A DNA stretch of 63,805 bases, filler included, from an uncultured Acidimicrobiia bacterium (GTDB lineage Bacteria; Actinomycetota; Acidimicrobiia; Spongiisociales; JAOTWH01), in assembly GCA_964347285.1 (NCBI GenBank). It is 3 parts of 3 records of this genome, joined end to end, with 100 filler letters (N's around TTAATTAATTAA, not from the genome) between each part and the next. Parts side by side here need not be neighbours in the genome. Positions count along the whole stretch, not along the records: positions 1 to 23,111 come from CAYFYE010000034.1; 2 more parts are not named here. The stretch is one strand, 5' to 3'. Every line of letters begins with the position of its first letter. The stretch's first letter is position 1. Below are positions 9,218-18,267 of this stretch, in pieces. The notes beneath the pieces are model-generated. The model ran no database searches, had not been told where the DNA came from, and saw only the letters and a list, made by a program, of their open reading frames with translations. A program made the position numbers and the translations under genes.

Positions 9218-9781
9218 TCACGCCCGCTCGTCGGCCAGGCCGGCGTCGGTGTCGGCGAGCACCTCGCGGTGGCCCAGGTCGAGAGTCTTGAGCCATCGCT
9301 GCTGTCCCGAGGTCAGCGCCACGAAGAACCCGAGCTCGACGAGCTCGGGCGCTGTGAACAGGCCGTGGAGCCGTTCCCACAGCTCGTCGGTGGCGAGGCC
9401 GGCATCCCATACGATGGCGTCTGTGTAAGCGAGCGCAGCCTTCTCCCGATCGGTATAGCGATCCGACTTCTCGAAGAGCAGGAGGTCGTCGTAGTGATCC
9501 TCCGAGACTTCTGCATCGACAGAACGCTGGGCGGCGCAGTATCCGCAGTCGACGGTCTTGGTCACGTACACGCGGCACAGCTCCTTCAGCTCGTGGGGGA
9601 CCACACCGTCCACGAACGTGTCCATCCACGCCCGGGTGAACGACTTGAGGACCGCCGGGACGTGGGCACGGATCGCCTGGCTTTCCGGTCGGGGAGTGCC
9701 CGCCGTGCGCGCCCGGTGGAGGGCGGCCAGCACCTCCGGATCGGTGATGGCGTCGAGATCGGGATAGGGGATGCGGGCCAT
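9218..9781 (-). CDS. Carboxymuconolactone decarboxylase/AhpD-like protein
   Basis: ELKELCRVYV...CGYC and REKAALAYTD motifs; start MARIPYPD after GGAG. Confidence 0.85.
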   Translation of the reverse strand: MARIPYPDLDAITDPEVLAALHRARTAGTPRPESQAIRAHVPAVLKSFTRAWMDTFVDGVVPHELKELCRVYVTKTVDCGYCAAQRSVDAEVSEDHYDDLLLFEKSDRYTDREKAALAYTDAIVWDAGLATDELWERLHGLFTAPELVELGFFVALTSGQQRWLKTLDLGHREVLADTDAGLADERA

Positions 9782-9855
9782 GGGTCTCCAAGCGCTCGGC
9801 GCACGACATGCTATCGGGACCGGCATCATCGTTTGACGGGGCGAGGCCCCCGGAG

Positions 9856-11031
9856 TCAGGGGCGGCGCCGGGTTTCTGGGACCGCCGCGGCGGCCAGAGC
9901 CGTGATGGCGGCCACCGTGACGATGAGCGGGAGCATGGCCGGACCCCGGCCGGCCACCTCGTAGAGGACGCCCGTCGCCAGGGGCGCCACCAGCAGGGCG
10001 GAGTCCCCGGTGACCCGGAACACCCCGAGTCGGTGGCCGAGAGCACCCCCTTCGCTGAGGTCGGCCAGCACCGTCGCGCCCACGGCAACGGTCGACGAGC
10101 CCACCGAGGCAAGGGTGATCGCCGCCAGCCAACCGGCAACAGTGCCGGAGGCGGCAAAGACGATCAGGCCGGCCAGCTGCAGGCCCAAGCCGGGAATGAG
10201 CGCCAGTCGTCTCGAGTAGCGATCGGAGATCCAGCCGCTGATGAGCGCTCCGACCAGCCGGAGCAGTCCGCCCAGGCCGATGGCCAGTCCGATGAAGCCG
10301 ACCGTCAGCCCCAACTCGGCGTCGCCCACGATGGGCACGAGCGTCTGGATAAGAGCGGCGCCGATGGCGAATTGGGCGGCGGGCAGCAGGTAGAGGGTGA
10401 CCAGCACCAGTCGGTCGATCGCGACCTCCTTCGCCGCTGTAGGCGCGTCAGTCTTGACGGGCGCCCTCGTGAGGCGTCGGCCGGCGAGGCCCAGCCCGGT
10501 GGCCACCGCCAGGCCGGCGGCGACGAAGAAGGCTCCTCGCCAATCCCACGCGCTGGCGACGGTGCCTCCGACTGCAGGGCCGAAGGCCTGTCCCACCATC
10601 AGCGCGGCCGCAAAGCCGGACATGGCAACCCCGCGGCGGTGGTGCGGGGCGGTGGCAAATGCGGCGATGCCGGTGGTGTTGGTCCACGACGAGCCGACCC
10701 CGAGCGCGAACGAAGCGACGAAGGCCACCGCGGCCGTGGGTGCGAAGCCGGCCATCAGGCTGGCGGCGCCGATCACCATGCCGGCCATCGCCAGCATGGT
10801 GCGGGCCGGTCGGCGATCGGTGAGCCTGCCTGCCGGGATGTCGGCCAGGATGCGGCCGAGGGCGAAGACGGAGATAAAGCCTCCCAGGGCTCCCGGGCTC
10901 ATGTCGAGGTCGCGGCCCATGTCCGGCAGCAAGGGCGCTCGCACGAAGCCGGCCACGGTGAGCAGGAACACCCCGCTCCCGATGATGCGCAGATCGAGGC
11001 CGGGTCGGGCCTCCGTCGTGTCCCGGTTCAA
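9856..11031 (-). CDS. MFS transporter
   Basis: 12-TM pattern, motif A (GRLTDRR, GWISDRYSRR); TTG start overlaps the lacI stop (TTGA). Confidence 0.88.
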   Translation of the reverse strand: MNRDTTEARPGLDLRIIGSGVFLLTVAGFVRAPLLPDMGRDLDMSPGALGGFISVFALGRILADIPAGRLTDRRPARTMLAMAGMVIGAASLMAGFAPTAAVAFVASFALGVGSSWTNTTGIAAFATAPHHRRGVAMSGFAAALMVGQAFGPAVGGTVASAWDWRGAFFVAAGLAVATGLGLAGRRLTRAPVKTDAPTAAKEVAIDRLVLVTLYLLPAAQFAIGAALIQTLVPIVGDAELGLTVGFIGLAIGLGGLLRLVGALISGWISDRYSRRLALIPGLGLQLAGLIVFAASGTVAGWLAAITLASVGSSTVAVGATVLADLSEGGALGHRLGVFRVTGDSALLVAPLATGVLYEVAGRGPAMLPLIVTVAAITALAAAAVPETRRRP

Positions 11032-12041
11032 CGCGGCGGGCCGGTCGAACCCCGGACGCTGAGCGTCGGCGTCAGCCGAACCGTCTCGGCGGCGCCGCCG
11101 TTGCCGAGGATCGTCACCAGAGTCTGGGCCGCCAGAGCGCCCATCTTCCGATACGGCACGCAGACCGTGGTGAGCGGGGGCTGGATCAGGTCGACGAACG
11201 GCATGTCGTTGTACCCCGTCACCGAGACGTCGTCGGGAACCCGCCGGCCCGAGTGGGCGATAGCCCGATAGGTGCCGAGCGCCAGGAGATCATTGGCCGC
11301 GACGATCGCAGTCAGTTCGGGATGCCCCCTCACAAGCGCGGATGCTGCAGCGAACCCGGGCTCCACCTGGAACCACTCCGCCACCTCGACCGTCCCCTCG
11401 GCGTCCAGATGGTGGCGGTTCATATGCCGGCGGAATGCCGCGGTCCGCCCGACACCGGTAGAGAGCCGGGCCGGACCGGCAACGTGGCCGATGGCGCTGT
11501 GCCCCAGCCCCACCAGATGGTCAACGGCCAGTCCGATACCCACATCGTCGTCGCCGACTACGGCCGGCACCGCCGATCCCTCGGCTTCCCGGTTCACCAG
11601 AACGACGGCGACTCCTTCGTCGTGCATTGCCGGTACGAGGGAGTCCTCCAATTCGGCCGTTGCCAGAATCAAGCCGTCGACTCGCCGGTCGATCAGGGCC
11701 GACACCACCGCCGCGGTGTGCTCGAGGTTGTTGTCGGTGTTGCCGACCAGCAAGGAGTAGCCCTCGTCGCTGAGCGTGCTCTCGGCGCCGCGCACCAACG
11801 GCGGGAACAGCGGGTTCTCGAGGTCGGGCACGACGATCCCGACGGTGAAGGTACGGTCGGTCCGCAGCCCTCGGGCCAACGGGTTGGGGCGGTAGCCGAG
11901 GCGCTCGGCGACCTCCACGATCCGGTCTACGGTGGCGGGACTCACCACCGATCGGGTTTCGGGATTGAGCGCCCGGGACGCGGTGGAAACGTGCACCCCG
12001 GCCGCCTTGGCCACGTCGGCGAGGTTGACCCGATCGGTCAT
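11028..12041 (-). CDS. LacI family transcriptional regulator
   Basis: LADVAKAAGVHVSTASRALN HTH, YRPNPLARGL hinge, VPDDVSVTGYND, PPLTTV. Confidence 0.95.
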   Translation of the reverse strand: MTDRVNLADVAKAAGVHVSTASRALNPETRSVVSPATVDRIVEVAERLGYRPNPLARGLRTDRTFTVGIVVPDLENPLFPPLVRGAESTLSDEGYSLLVGNTDNNLEHTAAVVSALIDRRVDGLILATAELEDSLVPAMHDEGVAVVLVNREAEGSAVPAVVGDDDVGIGLAVDHLVGLGHSAIGHVAGPARLSTGVGRTAAFRRHMNRHHLDAEGTVEVAEWFQVEPGFAAASALVRGHPELTAIVAANDLLALGTYRAIAHSGRRVPDDVSVTGYNDMPFVDLIQPPLTTVCVPYRKMGALAAQTLVTILGNGGAAETVRLTPTLSVRGSTGPPR

Positions 12042-12169
12042 GGCCCCGACGGCCCACCGGTCGACTTGGGTTCATCTCTACCGAGCACCTCGGGATGAAC
12101 CCGGCAGGTGTCGATGCAGCCGGGTCGCACCACCAGGCCCGAGGAAGCGGGCGGCCGGCCCGGCGTCAT
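12038..12169 (-). other. 43-codon ORF coupled at both ends; possible amidohydrolase gene remnant
   Basis: Its ATG overlaps the cupin stop (ATGA) and its TGA overlaps the lacI ATG (ATGA); contains GLVVRPGCIDT. Confidence 0.4.
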
Positions 12170-12573
12170 CGGGCCCCTTCGATCGAGACCGGCCGCCAAG
12201 TGCATCGGTCGTCGCTCACCCAAACCGTCTCCGCAGGCGCCGGCACCCAGAGCTCGATGAAGACGAACTCTTCGTCGTGCGGGTTCTCGAGCCAGTGGAC
12301 CTCGTTCTCTTCGACCAGCGCCACGTCTCCGGCGCCCAGCGGCAGCGGGTCGCCGTCGCCGTGCAGCACCCCACGCCCTGCGAGCACGAAGAAGAAGTGC
12401 TTGGCGTCCCGGTGATAGTGGGCCGCGGCGGTGTCGCCGGGGTGGTAGGTGATCCGATCCGCCCTCAGGTCGGCGAGCCCGAAGATCTCCTCGGTCACCA
12501 GATCGATCCGGTCGCGCGTATCGCGCGTGGAGGTGAGTCTGGGCAGGTCCGCAGCGGTGACTACGCGCGCCAT
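12166..12573 (-). CDS. Cupin domain protein
   Basis: HYHRDAKHFFFVLAGRG ... GDVALVEENEVHWLEN cupin motifs; GAGGAGG RBS. Confidence 0.9.
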   Translation of the reverse strand: MARVVTAADLPRLTSTRDTRDRIDLVTEEIFGLADLRADRITYHPGDTAAAHYHRDAKHFFFVLAGRGVLHGDGDPLPLGAGDVALVEENEVHWLENPHDEEFVFIELWVPAPAETVWVSDDRCTWRPVSIEGAR

Positions 12574-12616
12574 TTGGCCTCCTCGGCTGTCGTTGTGCCT
12601 CCGCTATACCACCTCC

Positions 12617-12630
12617 TGCAATCGTTTGCA
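12617..12630. promoter_or_regulatory. LacI-family operator TGCAATCGTTTGCA
   Basis: Third copy, between the divergent cupin-lacI and LVIVD operons. Confidence 0.78.
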
Positions 12631-12743
12631 ACGCTCTGCCCGTGGATGGGGTGTCCGAGAGGCCCGCGCCCTCGTCCTCCTCGAGTCGAGCCGCAGGGGC
12701 GGCGCCACCACACCGACCCGGCCGATCTGCTATCAACCCCGGC

Positions 12744-13910
12744 ATGCACCCGGAAGATTCGGCGGGGTTCGACCTGGTGGGTCACTCCGACCTGGGCGGC
12801 TACGGAGACGGCATGCAGCTCATGCGGCACGGCGACGCGCTGTACGTCGGCCACTTCGGACCGAGCGGCATGGGCACGTCGATCCTGGACGTCTCCGACG
12901 TCTGCCGGCCCGAGCTGGTCCGGCAGTGGCGGGCACCCCCGCACTCCCACACCCATAAGGTGCAGGTGGCCGACGGCCTGCTGCTGACCAACCACGAGCG
13001 GTTCCGGAGCGACGAGCCGTGGTCGGCGGGGATGGCGGTCTACGACCTGGCCGAGCCGTTCGACCCGCGCCCGGTCGGCTTCTGGGAGTCGAGCGGGCGG
13101 GGCGTCCACCGCATCGTGTGGGAAGGGGGCCGCTATGCCTACGTGTCGGCCACCCCGGACGGCTTCGAAGACCGCATCTGGGTGATTGTCGACCTGCTCG
13201 ACCCCGACCATCCGGTCGAAGCGGGCCGGTGGTGGTGGCCGGGCCAGTGGGTCGACGGCGGCGAGCGATCGGATTGGCCGGACGGCCGGTCCTGGAACGT
13301 CCACCATGCGATGGTCCAAGGCGAGCGCGCCTACGTCGGGTTCTGGGACGGCGGCATGGTGATCCTGGACATCTCCGATCTGACCCGGCCCCGCATCGTC
13401 TCCCGCCTCGATTGGGACGAAGGCGGCCACACCCACACCTGCCTTCCGTTGCCGGGACGGGACCTCGTGGTGGTGACCGACGAGGCGGTCACGGACGGAT
13501 GTGACGGTCCGCCCCACATGGTGCGGGTGGTCGACGTCTCCGACGAGGACCATCCCGAAGTGGTGGCCATCTGTCCGGTGCCGGAAGGCGATTTCTGCGA
13601 CCGGGGCCTGCGCTTCGGCGCCCACTGCCTCCACGAGAACCGCCCCGGCAGCTACCGGAGCGCCGAGGTGGTGTTCGCCACCTACTTCAATGCCGGCCTC
13701 CGGGTCTACGACCTCGCCGACGCCGCGGCACCGGTCGAGATCGCCCACTGGATCCCCGAATGTCCACCCGGCCAGCAGGCGGCCCAGATCAACGATGTCT
13801 GGATCGGCGAAGACCACCTCGTCTACGTCACCGATCGGGTGAACGGCGGCGTCTACATACTCGAGCCGGATGCGGCGCTGGCCGGCCGCATGGCCGAGGC
13901 GGCTTTGTGA
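12744..13910 (+). CDS. LVIVD-repeat beta-propeller protein
   Basis: Repeated ILDVSD/VYDLAE/ILDISD/VVDVSD strands plus HTH, GVH and GAH His motifs. Start uncertain (12642 or 12744). Confidence 0.8.
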   Translation: MHPEDSAGFDLVGHSDLGGYGDGMQLMRHGDALYVGHFGPSGMGTSILDVSDVCRPELVRQWRAPPHSHTHKVQVADGLLLTNHERFRSDEPWSAGMAVYDLAEPFDPRPVGFWESSGRGVHRIVWEGGRYAYVSATPDGFEDRIWVIVDLLDPDHPVEAGRWWWPGQWVDGGERSDWPDGRSWNVHHAMVQGERAYVGFWDGGMVILDISDLTRPRIVSRLDWDEGGHTHTCLPLPGRDLVVVTDEAVTDGCDGPPHMVRVVDVSDEDHPEVVAICPVPEGDFCDRGLRFGAHCLHENRPGSYRSAEVVFATYFNAGLRVYDLADAAAPVEIAHWIPECPPGQQAAQINDVWIGEDHLVYVTDRVNGGVYILEPDAALAGRMAEAAL

Positions 13911-14905
13911 GCATCGACATCCACGCCCACTGCGTGCCCGCCCCGCTGCTGGATGCCCTGGCGGCGGAGGGGGCCGACGTCGGTATCGAGCTCGACGAGG
14001 ACCGGCGGGCGGTGATCGCCGGCGGCAAGCCGACGATGCCGATTCGGGACGACCTGGTCGACTACACGACCCGGCTGGCCGCCATGGATGCGGCCGGCAT
14101 CGAGATCCAGGTCCTCTCGAGCTGGATCGATCTCACCGCCTACGCCCTCGACGAGGAGCGGGGGCGGCGCTGGTCGCGGCGGGTGAACGAGGCGCTGGCC
14201 GGGGAGGCGGCTCGCGAGCCGGACCGGCTCCTGGCCATGGCGACCACCCCGCTGCAAGCACCCGACCTCGCTGCGGCCGAGTTGCGGTACGCCGTGGGGG
14301 AGCTGGGCATGGTCGGCGTCGAGATCGCCACCACCGTGGCGGGCACGGACCTGGTGTCGGCCGAGCTGGACCCGTTTTGGGCGGCCGCGGCCGAGCTGGA
14401 GGCGCCGGTGCTGCTACATCCGATGGATCCCCTCCCCGGCGTGGACCTGCGCCGGCACTTCCTGGACAACATGGTCGGCCGGCCGGCCGAGACCACCATC
14501 GCGGTCGGCCGACTCGTCATGGCCGGGGTCTTCGATCGCCACCCGGATCTGAAGATGTGCGTGGTCCACGGCGGCGGTTTCCTGCCGTATCAGATCGGAC
14601 GCCTGCAGCGCGGGTGGGAGGCCAAGCCGGCGGTTGCCGCCACCGACCTGGCCACCGCTCCGCTCGAAACCCTGGGCCGCCTGTACTTCGACACGATCCT
14701 CCACCATCCGGGCGCCTTGAGGTACCTGATCGACACGGTCGGCGCCGACCGCATCATGGTGGGCACCGACTATCCGTTCGAAGCCGGCGATCCTGATCCG
14801 ATCGCCACGGTCGACGCGGTTCCGGGCCTGACCGGAGACGAACGGCAGCTGATCGTCGAGGGCACGGCCCGGCGCCTGATCGAAGGGGTGGGCCGGAACG
14901 CCTGA
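13907..14905 (+). CDS. Amidohydrolase_2 family (ACMSD-like) metalloenzyme
   Basis: IDIHAH, LLHP, VHGGGFLP, YFDT, GTDYPF; GTGA overlap. Confidence 0.9.
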   Translation: MSIDIHAHCVPAPLLDALAAEGADVGIELDEDRRAVIAGGKPTMPIRDDLVDYTTRLAAMDAAGIEIQVLSSWIDLTAYALDEERGRRWSRRVNEALAGEAAREPDRLLAMATTPLQAPDLAAAELRYAVGELGMVGVEIATTVAGTDLVSAELDPFWAAAAELEAPVLLHPMDPLPGVDLRRHFLDNMVGRPAETTIAVGRLVMAGVFDRHPDLKMCVVHGGGFLPYQIGRLQRGWEAKPAVAATDLATAPLETLGRLYFDTILHHPGALRYLIDTVGADRIMVGTDYPFEAGDPDPIATVDAVPGLTGDERQLIVEGTARRLIEGVGRNA

Positions 14906-14972
14906 CGCCGGCGCTGGGGACCCCCCGTCCGGCACCGCTAGCCTCGGCTGGGCCCAATGCAGGAGGACTGCC

Positions 14973-16112
14973 GTGGCCGACGACACCACTCTCGGGTTTG
15001 CGCCGAGCGAAGATCCGTTCGTAGTGGAGCACGGCGGCTTCTACCGGCGCTGGCTGTCGATGATCGACGACCTCGGCGAGCTCGAAGCCCTCGTCTCCGA
15101 GCTCGAAGGGACGACCCAGAACCTCTGGGTGCCGGTGTGGCGGGCCGCCGGACGGCGTCACGAGAACGAAGGCGATCGGCTCGAGGCCGCCGGCGACCAC
15201 GAGGGCGCCCGGCGGGCCTATCTCCAAGCCAAGACCTTCTACGCCATCGGCCGGTTCCCCGGTGAGATCACCGCCCTGAAGCGGGAGGTCAGCGAGGACT
15301 GCGCCCGTGCTTACCGGAAGGCCTGCGCTCACCTCGATCCTCCGCTCGAGGTGGTCGAAGTCGAGTGCGAGGGCCGCACGATTCGGGCCCACTTCCGGGC
15401 GCCGGAGGCCGGCCGCCCGGTCCCGGCCGTGCTGATCATGTGCGGAGCCGATGTCTTCAAGGAGGATCGGGGCTGGGCGGGGGAAATGGCGCTGGGCGAG
15501 GGCCTCGCCTCGCTGGTGATGGACGGCCCCGGCACCGGGGAAAACCCCTTTCCCTGGGACCCGGAGTCGGTGAAGGCGTGGGTGGCCGCCGTCGACTATT
15601 TGGCCGCCCGGCCCGAGGTGGACGGCTCGCGCATCGGGGCGTTCGGGATCAGTCGGGGCGGCTATTCGGTGATGCAGCTGGCCGGCACCTATCCGGCGAT
15701 GGTCCGGGCCGTGGTGGCGATCGCCGGGCACCCATTCGGCTACCGCATGACCGACGCCGAGATGGAGGCGTTCGTCGCCGCCCGGAATGAGCGGTCGACC
15801 TTCGTCTTCGGGGAACCGGGTGGCCCGCCGTCTTTCCCGCCCTGGTCGGCCCACAAGGAGCAGGAGATCTTCTCCCGATGGGCGCTGTCTGAGCTCGGCA
15901 TTCTCGACGACATCACCCAGCCGGTGTTGATGATCAACGGCAAGCATGATCACCTGGCGCCGATCGGCAACATCTACTTCATGCTCGAGCACGGACCGGT
16001 GACCGGCCGGGAGGCCCGGGTGTATCCCGACGCCGGCCATTGCGCCTTCAAGTACTACCGGGAGTGGGCCCCGGCCTCGTTCGCCTGGCTGGCGGAGAAG
16101 CTATCCGCCTGA
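14973..16112 (+). CDS. Alpha/beta hydrolase, FrsA / 2,6-dihydroxypseudooxynicotine hydrolase-like
   Basis: GADVFKE, DGPGTGE, GISRGG nucleophile elbow, GKHD and GHC; AGGAGG RBS. Confidence 0.8.
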   Translation: MADDTTLGFAPSEDPFVVEHGGFYRRWLSMIDDLGELEALVSELEGTTQNLWVPVWRAAGRRHENEGDRLEAAGDHEGARRAYLQAKTFYAIGRFPGEITALKREVSEDCARAYRKACAHLDPPLEVVEVECEGRTIRAHFRAPEAGRPVPAVLIMCGADVFKEDRGWAGEMALGEGLASLVMDGPGTGENPFPWDPESVKAWVAAVDYLAARPEVDGSRIGAFGISRGGYSVMQLAGTYPAMVRAVVAIAGHPFGYRMTDAEMEAFVAARNERSTFVFGEPGGPPSFPPWSAHKEQEIFSRWALSELGILDDITQPVLMINGKHDHLAPIGNIYFMLEHGPVTGREARVYPDAGHCAFKYYREWAPASFAWLAEKLSA

Positions 16113-16180
16113 TCGGCATTGCCGGATTGCAACCGGCTCCGGCGGGGCCCCCACGGTCGGGGATAGAGAAGCGTCAGGCC

Positions 16181-16731
16181 TCAGTCTGCCCCTCGAGCTT
16201 CAACCACGTAGCTGAACGAGAGACCGGCGGTGGCGATGAGCAGACCGGCCAAGGCCGGCACCACGGCCTTGGCCAGGGTCATCAGCGTCTGGTTGAGAGC
16301 CAATGCCGACGGCAGCAGGGCCCGCCCGACGAGACCGTAACGATGGCGTGCCGTGCCGGAGCGTCAATCGCCGCCACGCCGGCGTTGATGGACACCAGAA
16401 CGTAGAGCAGCCACAGATGAGGCTCCTCGAGCGTCGAGTTCCACGGCAACCCGAATGCCGTGATGGCCAGGACCACCTGGGACAAGACGAGAAGTCGACG
16501 GCGGTCGAAGGCGTCGGCAAGAGCGCCTCCGACCAGGGAGAAGCCCAGGAGCGGTATGAGCTGAGCAAGACCCAAAAGGCCCACTGCGAGGGTGGACCCG
16601 GTCTCGGCGAATACCTGAAACGGAACGGCCACGACCGCGAGCTGACGTCCGACCTGGACGAACCACAACCCGCCAAGAAGCTAGCGATAGCCGTGAACCC
16701 GACGGAGGGGTGTGACATCGACAACGGCCAC
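16181..16731 (-). pseudogene. Degraded EntS/DHA3-like MFS transporter
   Basis: VDVTPLRRVHGYR*LLGG (in-frame TAG at 16681-16683), GALADAFDRRRLL, a frameshift near 16340 into GLVGRALLPSALALNQ; only the N-terminal half remains. Confidence 0.8.
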
Positions 16732-16884
16732 CCGTCCCGAGCGTCGCAGACGATCGCTCAAACCGTCACACCCCCTCAGCCTCGCCCCCGGCACCGCACG
16801 CAGGACCCGTGGCGTCGGCTCATCGGGGACTCGCCCCCGAGGGACAAGGCAGCGCTGGTCGCCGGTGACACCGACGATGCGATG

Positions 16885-18267
16885 TCACTCGGCGAGAGTC
16901 TCGTCGTCCCGACTTCGCTGCGAGGTGTGAAGGATGCAGGAGGTGACGTGCCCTCCCCCGATGTCCTCCAGCCGCACCCGGTCCACCTCCTCGAACCGAA
17001 CCCTCAACTCCGGCCCATCCTGACGTAGCTCGACCAGCGCCGAGCGCATGGGGTCTGGGACGGCAGGGCCCCGGAGAAGCGGCGCCGCTTCAGCGGCGGC
17101 ATCGGTGTCGGCGAAGCGCAGCACGCCGTCGAAGTCCGAGGAGCGCTCCACCCCGGCCAACCCGTCCAGCGTCGTCGAGTTGTCGGACAGCCAGGCGACG
17201 GCGTCATCCAGCTCCCAGCCACACCTGGGAGTAACCGCCACACACCGAGTGTGGAACTTGCACCCCCGGGGAGGCCGGGCCGGATCGGGCACCGTTCCCT
17301 CGAGACCCTTCATCTCGGTATCCTCCCCGCTCTCCAGGAGATCGGGGTTGGCCGCCAGCAGGGCCTCGGTGTAGGGATGGCGGGGGGATGCAAAGAGCTC
17401 GTCGGTGTTGGCGTGCTCCACGACCTCGCCCACGTACATGACGACGATGTCGTCGCTCATCAGCCGGACCACTCCGAGGTCATGGGTGATGAACAGGTAG
17501 GTCAGCCCGCGCTCGCGCTGGAGCTCATGCAGGAGATTGAGGATCTGGGACTGCACCGACACATCGAGTGCGCTGGTGGGCTCGTCGAGAACGATGAATT
17601 CAGGATCGAGCGCTATGGCCCGGGCGATCGAGATGCGCTGACGCTGCCCCCCTGAGAACTGGTGGGGATAGCGATAGAGGTGCTGCCTTCCCAATCCCAC
17701 GCTCTCCAGGAGATCCACGACCTTCTCTGTCAGATCCGCCCCCGACGCCTCCCGATAGACGCGCAGCGGCCTGCCGACGATGTCCTTCACCAGATGGCGC
17801 GGGTTGAGCGAGCTGAAGGCATCCTGGAACACGAACTGGCAGTTACGCCGGTAGTTGCGCCACGCCTCGACCTTCATCCGGCCGATGCGATGAGCACGGT
17901 CGATGCTCTCCATCCGGGACCGCTGCTCCGACGTCCGCTGGTCATCGGGGATCGCCTCCGCCTCATCCAGGAACCTGCGGTCTGCGGCAGAGAGCCGGAA
18001 GTAGATCCCTCCATCGGTGGCTTCGATGAGTCCGGCGATGCAGCGCCCCAGCGTGGTCTTTCCACACCCGCTCTCACCCACCAGCCCAAGGGTCTGGCCC
18101 TGCATGATCTCGAAGCTGACGCCGTCCACGGCTCGCACGTGGCCGACAACGTGCTGCAGAACGCCCTCCCGGACCGGGAAGTACTTCTTGACGCCACGAA
18201 GGGTGATGACCGGTTGGTCATCCACCGGGAGCGGGGCTTCGAGCGCGTCGTCGCGCAGGATGGTCAT
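16885..18267 (-). CDS. Oligopeptide/dipeptide ABC transporter ATPase (OppF/DppF-like)
   Basis: GESGCGKT, FSGGQRQR, LDEPTSALD, HPYT, C-terminal Cys motif. Confidence 0.92.
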   Translation of the reverse strand: MTILRDDALEAPLPVDDQPVITLRGVKKYFPVREGVLQHVVGHVRAVDGVSFEIMQGQTLGLVGESGCGKTTLGRCIAGLIEATDGGIYFRLSAADRRFLDEAEAIPDDQRTSEQRSRMESIDRAHRIGRMKVEAWRNYRRNCQFVFQDAFSSLNPRHLVKDIVGRPLRVYREASGADLTEKVVDLLESVGLGRQHLYRYPHQFSGGQRQRISIARAIALDPEFIVLDEPTSALDVSVQSQILNLLHELQRERGLTYLFITHDLGVVRLMSDDIVVMYVGEVVEHANTDELFASPRHPYTEALLAANPDLLESGEDTEMKGLEGTVPDPARPPRGCKFHTRCVAVTPRCGWELDDAVAWLSDNSTTLDGLAGVERSSDFDGVLRFADTDAAAEAAPLLRGPAVPDPMRSALVELRQDGPELRVRFEEVDRVRLEDIGGGHVTSCILHTSQRSRDDETLAE

